64,000 bases of DNA from Isurus oxyrinchus (Eukaryota), in assembly GCA_026770705.1 (NCBI GenBank), contig JANJGN010000076.1, positions 2,356,001 to 2,420,000 of the forward strand, written 5' to 3'. A model generated the notes under the pieces. That model made no database searches. It saw nothing but the letters and a program-made list of their open reading frames with translations, and was not told the origin of the DNA. Made by a program: the position numbers and the translations under genes. Within the stretch, counting starts at the first letter, position 1, and every line of letters starts with the position of its first letter. Positions 37,015 to 48,559 of this stretch are shown piece after piece.

Positions 37015-38275
37015 AAAGTACTGTGGATGCTGGAAATCTAAAGTACAAACTCAGCATCCGACAGCATCTGTGGAGAGAGAAACAGAGTCAACGTCTCGAG
37101 TCCGTGTGATCTTCTTCAGAGCTAAAGAGAAGCAGAAATGTTTACTGTTTTATACTGTTTACGAGGGCGTGTGGTGGAGCAGTTGGGGAAGTCAGGAGGA
37201 ATTGGCAAAGATATTATGTGCACAAGACAAAGGGAGTGTTAATGGTAGCGGTAAGGGCTAAAAATGTTGCTGATAATTGCTTAAAGGTAAGAAAGCAGAA
37301 TGTGTGAATAGCAGAATAAGGATCAGCACTTCGTGAAAGAACAACATAGAGCAATGACAGATGGCCCTTTAGGGGCCTCTCTCCTCACCTTCCAAGGGCC
37401 CAAACACACCTTTCAGGTGAAGTGGCGCTTCATGTGCACCTCCAATTTGGTCCATTGCATTCACTGTTCCCAATGGGGTCTCCCCTACATTGGAGAGACC
37501 AAACGCAGACTGGCCAACGGCTTTGTGCAACATCTTCAGTCTGTCTGCAAGCATGACCCAGACCACCCTGTCATTTGCCATTTCAACACTCCACCCTGCT
37601 GTCATGTGCACATGTCTGTCCTTGGCCTGCTGCATTGTTCCAGTGAAGCTCAACGCAAACTGGAGGAACAGCACCTCATCTTCCGACTAGGCACTTTATA
37701 GTCTTCCGGTGGTAACATGAAGTTCAGCAGCTTCAGATCATGAACTCTCTCCTTCATTTTCACCCTTTTTAAAATCTCTTTATAAAAAAAGTATTTTATT
37801 AACTTATTTTTCATTCATTTATTCATTATTTCACCCCACCCCCTCTTATTATCCCCTTTTCTATCTTTTTTCCCCAACTATCTCCCCCTCCCACATCCCA
37901 CCCCCAAAAGGGCCATCTCGTTCCATGCTTTTTTTTTCACAGAGCGCTGAACCTTGTTCTGCTATTTACATATCCTGCTTTCTTACCTTTATGTCACTAT
38001 CAGCACCTTCTTCAGCCTTTACCACTACAATTAACACTCCCTTTGTCTTGTGTCCAGCGAATCTTTGTCAGTCTCTCCTTAACTCCCACCTATCACTGAC
38101 CTTAAATCCAGAATCACCTGCTCCACCCGTCCCGCCCCGCTTAAACAGGAGAATTCAAACAATTTCTACTTTTCTTCATCTCTGAAGAAGAGTTATATGG
38201 ACTCAAAACGTTAACACTGTTTCCCTCTCCACCGAGTCTGTGAGACCTGCTGAGTTTTGCCAGGGATTTAGGTGT
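37015..38275 (+). mobile_element. Truncated Penelope-like element (GIY-YIG endonuclease end plus tail) with an inverted tail copy at its 5' end
   Basis: ORF 37333-37701 SNLVHCIHCSQWGLPYIGETKRRL..EEQHLIFRLGTL; 37015-37375 is the reverse complement of the 3' tail. Confidence 0.85.
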
Positions 38276-38470
38276 TTGTAATATTTAAGAAGCGACCGGA
38301 CAACAAGATGGGAGATTGGAGAAAAATGTTGCAAAGACTGAAGTAACTCAGTCAGTCGTAGTAATTTTTAAATAACAACAAAGCAGAAACGTTTGAAAAG
38401 GTGAGAAAGATGTGTTGATCTTCAAAGAGACTCGGCTGCACTTGTGCAAAGAACGTGGAAAGTTACATCA

Positions 38471-38533
38471 GTCCCTACGGCACAACTGATCAGCATGTTC
38501 GACTAACTGAAAGTTTGGTGGTTCTCAGAGACG
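38471..38533 (+). pseudogene. tRNA-Asn remnant with deletions
   Basis: GTCCCTACGGCACAACTGATCAGCATGTTCGACT-AACTGAAAGTTTGGTGGTTC-TCAGAGACG; preceded by CATCA as at 43658-43662. Confidence 0.6.
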
Positions 38534-38624
38534 AAGGTTCCAATGTTTTTTTCCTCCCTTCAACATTCATTGTCGCACAGAATTGGGTTATCAAAAAATG
38601 TTTCCATAAATGTTGCCAGTTCTA

Positions 38625-38699
38625 CTTCTCTGCAGTGAGTTTTGAACCAGAGAATCTTCCCCATGTAAAGCAAATGTGATAACATTGGACTACAAAAAC
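38625..38699 (-). pseudogene. tRNA-Val remnant
   Basis: TTTTGAACCAG..ATGTAAAGCAAATGTGATAAC..ACTACAAAAAC, paralogous to 35746-35818. Confidence 0.55.
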
Positions 38700-39219
38700 T
38701 ACACGCAACTCCTTGCAGAACGACCTAGAATATTAAACTTTGCTGCCTTATTGCAGTTCCGAACCTTGTTTTGTGGAAGTACAATTCGATTGAGAACCTG
38801 AGCCCTGCGGCAGAGAAATTGATCGAACATGAGAATCATCAGATGGCAAGCACAAAAGCAATTCATTCAACACCTCACACATGTGCGAACAGCCTTACAG
38901 CAAATCCGTCCCCATCTTTCTCTCTTTTTGCCGAGCCATGCACTTTTCAGAATATTATTCAAAACCTGGAGAAGTATAAATGTCACTGCATCCAGTTACT
39001 ATTTAACAACAAAAGGGAACGATGCAATCGTTCCTCACACTTAATTCTGTTAATGCTTCCACCCCATTTTCGCACGGGGAACCTTCTGTGGCGAGAGACC
39101 ATGATCTCTGTTACTCTACACAAACTCTGCAATGTTTCGGGGAAATTTTCCGTGTGTGAGAGAGTGTGATCCCTATTACCCTACACGAACCCTGCAATTT
39201 GAAGAGCCCAATTTAACAT

Positions 39220-40287
39220 ACAGAAGACAGACAGTCGGGATTATTCAGATTGGAAAGACGTAACTGGTGGAGTGCCATAAGGATCAGTCTCAGGGACTCA
39301 ATTATTCACTATCTATACTAATGACATGGAGGAGGGGGCAGAGTGTAATGTATCCAAATTTTCTGACGATATAAAAATCGGTGGGAGGTCAGGTTGTGAT
39401 GAGGACTTGAAGAATCTTCAAGGGGATATAGATAAGTTGATTCAGTGGGCAAAGGTTGGCAGATGGAGTGTAATGTAGGAAAGTTTGAGATCATACACAT
39501 TGTTAGGAAGAATTGAAAGGCAGAACATTATTTAAATGGAAGGAGACTCCAAAAAAGTGCAGCACAGAGGGATCTGGGTGTTCCTATGCAAGAAACACAA
39601 AAGCTTGGCATGCAGGTGCAGCAAGTCATTAAGAAGGCAAATAGAATTTTATCCTGTTTTGCTCGTGGTTGGAGTTTAAAAATCGGGAAGTCTTGTTACA
39701 GGGTGTTGGTGAGGCCGCACCTGGAGTCCTGTGTACAGTTTTGGTCCCCATATTTAAGGAAGCATTTTTGGCATTGCAGGCAGTTCAAAAGCGATTCACT
39801 CGCCTGATTCCTGGGATGAAGGAGTTGACTAATCAAGAACTGTGAAGCAAGTGAAGACTTTATTCATTAGAGTTTAGAATACTGAGGGTTGATCTTATTA
39901 AAACGTGCAAGATTCTGAGGAGGTTGATAGGGTAGATGTTGAAAAGATGTTTCCACTAATGGGGGAACCTCCAGCGAGGGGACATAGTTACAGAATCGGA
40001 GGGCACTCATTTAAAACTGAGATGTGAAGGACTTTCTTCTCCCAGAGGGCAGTGTGTGTTTGGAATTCTCTACCCAAGACAGTTGTGGAGGCTAGCTCAC
40101 TGAGAGTATTTAAAGAGGAGTAGATAGATTTTTGAAATATCGGGGATTGAGGGCTATGAGGAGCTGGCAGGAAAGATGAGTTGAAACCTGGGGGAGAGTA
40201 GCCATGATCATATTGAATAGCGGGGTAGGCTAGAGGGGCCGATTGTCCGACTCCTGCTCCAATTTCTAATGTCCTTATGTTCTTATG
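39220..40287 (+). mobile_element. CR1 LINE 3' part (RT C-terminus and 3' UTR)
   Basis: Decayed VTGGVP.GS..LFTLYTND..VSKFSDD, VLVRPHLESCVQFWSPYLRK; ends CTCCTGCTCC..TATGTTCTTATG. Confidence 0.9.
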
Positions 40288-40374
40288 AAACTTGTCTCTG
40301 TTGAAAAAGGTCTGAAACAAAAATAAAAGACACAGGTAGCATAGATAAGCCACTTGTGAAGCGTGTAAGCAGCT

Positions 40375-40446
40375 TTCTTGGTGGTCTAGTGGTCAGGATT
40401 CAGTACTTTCACTGCTGTGGTCCAGGTTTGATTCCTGGTCAGGGAA
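40375..40446 (+). pseudogene. tRNA-Glu(TTC) pseudogene with CpG decay
   Basis: TTCTTGGTGGTCTAGTGGTCAGGATTCAGTACTTTCACTGCTGTGGTCCAGGTTTGATTCCTGGTCAGGGAA; no CpG remains. Confidence 0.8.
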
Positions 40447-41189
40447 TGGAGATTTATTGACTTCGTGCAAACTGTTAAAATGAGTCTGACTTGTTTCTTG
40501 ATTAAAAACAGAAGACGCTCATCTCTGCCAGAATCAGTGGACTGAGAGCTGGAGTTCTCCCTCAGAGCTGGAAATGTCACCCGTGCAACAGGTCGAGAAC
40601 AAATATAGAGGTGAAGATAGGGAATGAGATAAGGTCTGTGATAGGTTGCATAACCCTAACCAGAGAGATGTTCGTGCAAGGCAAAATATAGCGGGAATAA
40701 GGGAGGCTTTACTGTTTACACTGACACAAATATCTCTCAGATCTTGTTCCAAATCTTGTGTTAAGTGAGAAGAAAACTTTCCCCTGAATCTTCCCCCTTT
40801 TAGCTGCACCTCCTTCCAAACATTGCAAACTCCTCCTGCATCTTCCATCCTGATATCTTTCTCTGCGAAATTTGAAACTAATGTCAATAAAGTTTGTGAT
40901 GGTAAAAATGTGAACTGAACCACCTTGACACACACAGAGGAACAAACACAGACATATACACCGAGAGTGACAAAGGGCATGGGATTGTCTCGAAGGAGGT
41001 ACAAACACCCAAAAATCAAGCCTGACACCAACCTGGTTTCGTTTTTGTTCCATTTCCCGCTGCAACTTTTGTGAACGTTTGCAGACGAATAGAAATTAGA
41101 GAACGCTGGAGGTTTTAGATGGTTTTTATTCAACTTATTCCGACAATTAATTGTGCAGGTACACTATAAAATCCAGGAATGATAAGCAG

Positions 41190-41270
41190 CGTAATTAACA
41201 GGATCCCAGCCTACCTGTGGAGCTCCCAATGCATTCGAAACCTCTCACCTTAACCACTCAGTCACGAATC
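41190..41270 (-). pseudogene. tRNA-Ser remnant
   Basis: CGTAATTAACAGGATCC..CCCAATGCATTCGA..CACCTTAACCACTCAGTCACGA; flanks resemble 53153-53234. Confidence 0.55.
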
Positions 41271-41555
41271 CAAGCCCCAGATTTGCATTAATGATGTTTG
41301 TATAAAATCACAGGTGGCTACATCAGACGGTTATTCACCATATCGTTTACATGCCGACTCTCTAGAAGAGCAACTCAACTACTGTAATTCCAGATCCCGC
41401 CTTTTCCCCAGAGCAACCGATATTTATATTGCCTCTCCTCGTTCTTCCTATCAAAATAAAACACCGCACACTCCGCTAGTGTGAGCTGGTATCTGTCGAT
41501 CTGTTGGTTTGAAAGGGGCTGCTGCAGATCCCAAAAGGTGGGGAACCTGAACGCT

Positions 41556-41638
41556 TGGCAGCGGTAGAACTGGACCTCACAGTTCTGTAGATACGGGAGC
41601 CTTAAATCCAGCGACTTAAACCGCTCGGCCACACTATC
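41556..41638 (-). pseudogene. tRNA-Leu (AAG/TAG family) pseudogene with an extra anticodon-loop base
   Basis: GATAGTGTGGCCGAGCGGTTTAAGTCGCTGGATTTAAGGCTCCC..ACCGCTGCCA. Confidence 0.75.
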
Positions 41639-42406
41639 ACGTTGCATATACCTGCTCATAATTCCCTTCACTGGTATTATCATCGAAATAGAACAGAAGC
41701 AAAGGAGAAGGAATAGGTCATTGGGAAACTGGAACCAGCTCCGCCAGTTAATCAGATCATCCTGCACTTTGTAACATACAGAAATCATCTCCACTATTAA
41801 CTTCATTATTTCAATGTTTCAAATAATGTGTTTTTTTTTTCCTGTGGTGATTGTGCCTGTTTATTCAATGAAATTTTGGTAAAAGATATCCACTGAGGAA
41901 AATGAGGAGATGATTGGTCAGAATAGACACTTGTTTTCTGAAAATTCGATTTGAACTCAACTATTTTTAAAATTTGAATAATTGTAAAAGAATTCAGAGT
42001 CCAACCCTTCATCTCAATGAGTCAGGGAATCTTTGTTAACTTTCACACACTGTGTATGGACACTGCAGAAGCTCCTGCACCTCTTTCAATATTGTTGTTC
42101 TTAACTCAGAGTTTTCAAAAGGGAATTGGACAATGATTTGAAAGGGAGAAAAAAAATCAGAGTTATGGAAAGAGACAGAGAAATTGAGATTAAGTCGAAA
42201 GCTCTTTGTGAAAAACTGACATCGATACTATGGGCCTCTTGTAGAGCTGTGCCTTTCGAAAATGACATTATGGGATCAGTTTTCTCCAGCATTCCCAAAG
42301 AGAACAGCCGAAATCAATTTCTTCAAAATAAAGGCTCAAAGTGCTGCTGCATGACGTCACCGCTTAACATTTTAGTGAGGCCCATTGAGCTTTTCTCCTG
42401 TCCCCT

Positions 42407-42480
42407 GTTTCTGCAGGGCAGTGGTTGTCATGTTTACCTCATATGTGAAGAGTTGCCTCGTTAGAGACTGGCCAGAACCA
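42407..42480 (+). pseudogene. tRNA-Val(CAC)-derived remnant
   Basis: GTTTCTGCAGGGCAGTGGTTGTCATGTTTACCTCATATGTGAA..; paralogous to 55151-55223. Confidence 0.55.
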
Positions 42481-43662
42481 TCATCAAAACTTGCAGATTG
42501 AAGTTTGTTGAAGACAGCAGGATGTGGACATGTGTCGTGGTCACTGTTTATCCTTCAACTAAGTTTATAAGATCTGCGCATTGTCAAGTCCCTGGCTTTG
42601 TGTGTTTGAGGAGCAGCGATTGGCTGCCGTGCTCCCTGCATGAAAACAATGACTCTCCTTCAGAAAGTACTTCAATAAAAGCAAAATACTGGAAATCTGA
42701 AATAAAAACATTAAACGCAGGTATAACTCAGCAGGTCTGACAGCGTCTGTGGAAAACAAAACCTGCTGAGTTTCTCAATCATTTTCTGTTTTTATTTCAA
42801 AAAGTGCTTAATTGTCTTGAAAGTGGTTTCAAACACCGTTGGTCAGGAAAAGCGCTGTATAAATGCAAGTCTGTCTTTCCTTAACTCTCTTTAAATCCCA
42901 ATCCTGTGGTTACTGACCCCCGTCAGTGGAAACAGTTTCTCCCTATCTGCACCATCAAGCCGCCTGTCCCCACTGCCCCCACCCACCTCATTTTGGACAG
43001 CTCAATGAAATCTCCACTTAAACTTCTTTGCTCTAAAGAGAACAATCCCGGTCTCTATAACCTCTCCACCAAACTGAATTTCCTCAACCCTGGAAATGAT
43101 GCGTCTTGCATTGAGGGATTAAGATGTGATTTTGGAAAATATTATCAGTTAGCAGGTGGGAAAATTGAGAAGGAACCAAAACAAAAAACCCAGTCTCCAG
43201 CTTTGTGAATCTTTAGAAACTCTTTGGGAACCGGAATCAGAGGAGAATGAAGGGCGAACTGTCCGACTGACCAGTGAGAGTCAAGGTACCTTTCCCTTCT
43301 TTAAGACACAGGAACATTGACTCTGATGTTCTCAGTGAAATTAAATGATCAGAGACATTGAAAGGATTCTCGTTACTGCACATCAGGAATTCAAACCTAA
43401 TTTCGGCTTCGGGATAATCAGAATACTTGGTATCAGTCAAGGAACGCAAAGGCTCGAAGGGAGACGTCACCGGTTGTAGGAGAGCTGTTTCCCGGTGACA
43501 GGGATGTGTCTGCAGTGGGTGGGATCAGACTGTTTCCATGTATCCACAATGAATGCTCCCCACTTTATTTTTGGAAGAGTGAAACTGGTAGAGACAATTG
43601 TCATTCCGGTAGCAGCAATCTGAAGATTTTACTGACTGATATCCTGCTTGAGGTCGTCATCA

Positions 43663-43736
43663 GTCTCTGTGGCGCAATTGGTCAGCGCGTTCGGCTGCTA
43701 ACCGAAAGGTTGGTGGTTCGAGACTCCCCAGAGACG
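43663..43736 (+). tRNA. tRNA-Asn body with a GCT (Ser) anticodon
   Basis: GTCTCTGTGGCGCAATTGGTCAGCGCGTTCGGCT-GCT-AACCGAAAGGTTGGTGGTTCGAGACTCCCCAGAGACG; perfect acceptor stem; T-run shortly downstream. Confidence 0.8.
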
Positions 43737-43949
43737 AAATTTCCCCTTTTTTTCCCCCATCAGCCTTCATTGTCACTCAGTTCCCGATTGTCATTGCCTG
43801 CTTAAGCTGAATGCCAAGACTCCGGAAATTTTGCCGGCTCCACTGTTATCCAGTGAGCTCCCTGGTAAGCGGCTTTTTTTCGAATATTAATTTCAAATAT
43901 AATGAGAAAACATTTAGATCTACCAAGCACTGATATCCAACACATTGGA

Positions 43950-44430
43950 TATTTATGAAGCTATTGGATTCAAACAAACCCATCAATTATTCCCTCTTCC
44001 TCAGCTCCACAGTGAGTGAGACAGGGAAAAGCAGAAAAGCAGCAATATTCCGGCCCCGCACTCTCCAATCACCCGCAGCCAGCAGAAAGCAGCGACTGCA
44101 GCTTCAATCAGCAGTTACTGCCCATCCCTGGGACACGAGATACTCCAACCCGGGCCAAACCTCCCAATACACGGAGCACAGGCTCAGGAAAGCACAAGTA
44201 GATGATATCCCGATCACTAAACCTCCGAGCAGCATTTACAGAATTCCCGAGTGAGTGAGTCACAAATAAAAGTCACACAAACTTTCTAATTCTTTTCACT
44301 GTAAAATTCCTTCATTTTATTGAAAAGCTGACTGTTGGGAATCTGAAAATGAGCACCATGGGATTTTTGTTACCGAGTGACTTGTTTTCCACTGATTATC
44401 CTTCAGTTTTGCAATTCAAATTATGTTGGA
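43950..44430 (+). repeat. GC-rich duplicated module (inverted copy 58200-58690; partial copies 29310-29445 and 32335-32465)
   Basis: CTCCACAGTGAGTGAGACAGGGAAAAGCAG..CCGGCCCCGCACTCTCCAATCACCCGC is shared by four copies. Confidence 0.85.
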
Positions 44431-44601
44431 TATTGAAGCGAATCTGTTTTCAAAATGAGGTCACAAAGCAGCTAAATATTAAATCCAGAAACAAATCCTG
44501 AGGAAAATTGATCAAAATGTTTGGAACGAGGTGCATCTGAAAAGCGGAAGCTGTGAATGATGTTATTGATGATTGAATGGAAGGCACTGGTACCTTGGTC
44601 A

Positions 44602-44683
44602 AAAATCGTGTCCCAGTGGTGAAAACGATGCTATTATAATCCATTGGGGTTTCCCCAGGAAAATTCCAATCTTACCGACTGTG
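44602..44683 (+). pseudogene. tRNA-Ser remnant
   Basis: ..TCGTGTCCCAGTGGT..CGATG..AATCCATTGGGGTTTCCCC..AATCTTACCGACT. Confidence 0.55.
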
Positions 44684-46052
44684 CTTCTGATTTCAACCAG
44701 GTGTCCACAGAACTCTCGGATCAATGGAAGAAAAAACATCCAAAAATTCTCCTGATTTTTGGACTCTAAGGGAACGAAGGGTGATCGGGATCGGGTGGGA
44801 ATTTGGTCTTGAAGCTGGACATTCGCCATGATCTTATAAAGTGACGGAGGATGCTTGAGGGGCCTTATGACGTATTGTTGCTGCTTTGATTCTGTTCTAT
44901 TTGAATAGCAATGCTAGGCAAGGCGATGGGCAGTAACAATGAAGCTCGGTTTGAAATACCACTTCCACTGCTGCCAAAATTGCCTGATTGGTCGAAAAAG
45001 TGGTTGCTCACACTTAAAGCAGGTGTGTACGGTGTTTCACTTTAACAGAAATTCTGAGAGACAATAAAATATAAATGGCAGTGGAGAAAAGGCGGGACTG
45101 TTGAATTAGCTGTGAAACTTGTGCAGGACAGATATTCGTCTCCAGCTCTTTCTGCCAGTCCAGGTCAATTAGCTGCTTGATGCAAACGCAGTCAGATGGT
45201 ACGAACGTAAAACTGAACGTGATCGGTTTACAGATAGCAGCGTACAGAGACACCAGGAGCTTCCTGATTCGCCCAAGTACTGATTACAGGAATGTGCACA
45301 GTGCCGATTATCCACAATCACACTTCCCTTCCAATCTTGTCCTAGTTGTTCAGCTTTGAAAATGCTCATATTTTCACTTTGGATGTCAATGTGAAGTAAG
45401 CAGAGCTGTGATATGCTTATATAGTTCAGCAGATGAACTGCAAGAAGTTATATAACAGGCAGATCACAGTGCTCTATGGACGCAGTGAGCTCCAGTGAAG
45501 GATTCACACCATTAATATGTCGTTCAATTAGTCTCGTGACAAATCTCGTGCTGGAAATGACAAGAAATCTCGCTGGATTTCTTCCGTGCTTTGGTTCAAA
45601 CCAGCCGAATACAAGATAGAAAGTACATCTCGCTCGAGTGGGTTATAAAATGGAAGAATGACCAGTGCTGTTCGGAAACATAAAATTATACAAAGTCACA
45701 GCACAGAAAGAGGCTATTCAGCCTGGCGTGCTGCTTTCAAAGAGCAGTAGTGATTGGTTGATCCACCAGGAGTGATATTTATGTCAGTGCAAACAGTAGG
45801 CAGCAAAATTTGCCCTTCTCCCACCCATATTTTCCTGGCGCCACCATCTCTGTGGTCAGTGCTTTGCACCCAGCCCTTCTCTTGTCCTTCTTTCATTCCG
45901 CTTCTGTTTTTGTTCTCGACTTGTCCAAATATGACATTACCAACTCTGCGGCGAAACTTCAACTATCACTTCACTGATTCTGGTGGAGCTGTTAAATGGT
46001 TTCCATCAACAACTAATTAATACTGATTTTAACAAGATAAAAGAAATCTACA

Positions 46053-46124
46053 TTCGCTGATTGGGAATCAAACTCAGGCTACTGTCAATAAAGTGTCGAA
46101 CCCTGCCCACTCGAACACCGGGGA
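46053..46124 (-). pseudogene. tRNA-Glu pseudogene
   Basis: TTCGCTGATTGGGAATCAAACTCAGG..CGAACCCTGCCCACTCGAACACCGGGAA aligns to the reverse complement of the Glu consensus. Confidence 0.6.
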
Positions 46125-46159
46125 AGCTACTGCCTTAATTTCCCTGTTCCTTTCACACA

Positions 46160-48530
46160 CTGTAACCTGTCTCTCTCTGAACCTGCTGCACTCCGTTCTC
46201 TTAGGTTCAACCCTGACATTGTTATCAAACTTGCTGACAAGGGTGCTGCTGTTGTTGTCTGGCGCACTGACCTCTACCTCGCAGAGGCTGAGCGCCAACT
46301 CGCAGACATTTCCTCCTACCTGCCCCTGGACCATGACCCCACCACTGAACATCAAGCCATTGTTTCCAGGATGGTTACTGACCTCATCTCCTCTGGAGAT
46401 CTTCCTCCCACAGCTTCCAACCTCATAGTCTCCCAACCTTGGACGGCCCGTTTATACTTCCTGCCCAAAATCCACAAACAGGACTATCCGGGCAGACCGA
46501 TCATGTCAGCCTGTTCCTACCACACGGAAGTAATTTATTGCTATCTTGACTCCATTCTCTCTCCCCTTGTCCAGTCCCTTCCCACCTACATCCGTGATTC
46601 CTCTGACACCCTACATCATATCATCAATTTCCAGTTCCCTGGCCCCAACCGCCTCCTCTTCACCATGGACGTCAATCCCTCTACACCTCCATCCCCCACC
46701 AGGATGCTTTGAGGGCTCTCTCCTTCTTCCTCAAACAGAGGCCCGAACAATCCCCATCCATCACTACTCTCCTCCGTCTGGCTGAACTTGTTCTCACACT
46801 GAACAATTTCTCCTTAAACTCCTCTCACTTCCTCCAAATAAAAGGTGTGGCTATGGGTACCCGCATGGGCCCCAGCTATGCCTGTCTCTTTATGGGGTAT
46901 GTGGAACATTCCTTGTTCCAGTCCTACTCCGGCCCCCTCCCACAACTTTTTCTCCGGTACATAGATGATTGCTTTGGTGCCACTTCATGCTCTCATCTGG
47001 ACCTGGAAAAATTTATTAATTTTGCTGCCAATTTCCAACCCTCCATCATTTTCACATGGATCATTCCTGACACTTCCCTTCCCTTTCTTGACCTCTCTGT
47101 CTCAATCTCTGGTGATAGACTGTCCACCAATATCCATTACAAACCCACCAACTCCCACAGCTACCTCGACAACAGCTCCTCACACCCCGCTTCCGGTAAG
47201 GACTTCATCCCATTCTCTCAGTTCCTTCGCCTCTGTCGCATCTGTTCTGATGATGCCACTTTCAAAAAACAGTTCCTCTGACATGTCCTCCTTCTTCCTT
47301 AATTGAGGTTTCCACCCATGGTCACTGACAGGGCCCTCAACCGTGTCTGGCCCATCTCCCGTGCATCCGCCCTCACGCCTTCTTCTCCCTCCCAGAAACA
47401 TGATAAGGTCCCCCTTGTCCTCACCTATCACCCCACCAGCCTCCACATTCAAAGGACTATTCTCCACCAACTCCAGCATGATGCCACCATCAAACACATT
47501 TTGCTTTCACACCACCACCACCACCCCTCCCGGTGGCATTCTGCAGAGATCGTTCCCTCCGGGACACCCTGGTCCACTTCTCCATTACCCCCTACACCTC
47601 AAGCCCCTCCCACGGCACCTTCCCATCCAATCACAAAACACTTGCCCCTTTACTTCCACCCTCCTCAACGTCCAATGGCCAAAATATTCCTTTCAAGTGA
47701 AGCAGCAGTTCACTAGCACTTCCCTCAATTTAGTCTACTGCATTTGATACTCCCAGTGCGGTTTCCTCAACATTGGAGAGACCAAACGCAGACTGGGTGA
47801 CTGCTTTGCAGAACACCTTCAGTCTGTCTGCGAGCATGACCCAGACCTCCCTGTCGCTTGCCATTTCAACACACCACCCTGCTCTCTTGCCCACATGTCC
47901 GTCCTTGGTCTGCTGCAATGTTCCAGTGAAGCTCAATGCAAACTGGAGGAACAGCACCTCATCTTCCGATTTGGCACTTTACAGACTTCCAGACTGAATA
48001 TTGCATTCAAAAACTTTAGATCATGAACTCTCTCCTCCATCCCCACCCCTTTCTGATCCCCCTTTTTTTCCAGCAATTTATATATATTTTTTTCTGTTCC
48101 CACCTATTTCCTTTATTTTTAAATGTACTTCCATCCATTGTTTTATCTCTACTTTTTAGCCTATTTCGATCCCTTTCCCCCACCCCACCCGCACTAGGGC
48201 TATCTCTACCTTCCTCGTTCTGATTTCTACCCTTAATGTCGCCTATTAGCACATTTCTTAGCTAATATCACCACCGTCAACAACATCCCTTTGTCCTTTT
48301 GTCTATGACATCTCTTCTTTGCCTCCACATATCACTGCCCCCCGATCCAGCTCAACCTTCCCCAGCCCCCACTACCAGCTTATATTTCACCACATTTCTC
48401 CATTTCCTTAGTTCTGAAGAAGAGTCATACGGACTCGAAACGTCAACTGTATTCCTCTCCACAGATGCTGTCAGGCCTGCTGGGTTTTTCCAGGTAGCTT
48501 TGTTTTTCAGCACCCGCAGTATTTTGCTTT
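46160..48530 (+). mobile_element. Penelope-like retroelement (RT plus GIY-YIG endonuclease), frameshifted
   Basis: NPDIVIKLADKGAAVVVW, LYFLPKIHK..PGRPIMS, LLFTMDV, QIKGVAMGTRMGPSYACLFMG, FLRYIDDCF, LPFLDL, NLVYCI..IGETKRRLGDCFAEHL. Confidence 0.93.
48410..48448 (+). ncRNA. Minimal type-I hammerhead ribozyme motif in the Penelope tail
   Basis: AGTT-CTGAAGA-A-GAGTC-ATACG-GACTC-GAAA-CG-TC-AACT: stem I AGTT/AACT, stem II 5 bp, palindromic ACGT at stem III, GUC site. Confidence 0.7.
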
Positions 48531-48559
48531 TAACTGAGAGAGGGAAATCAATATGTTTC

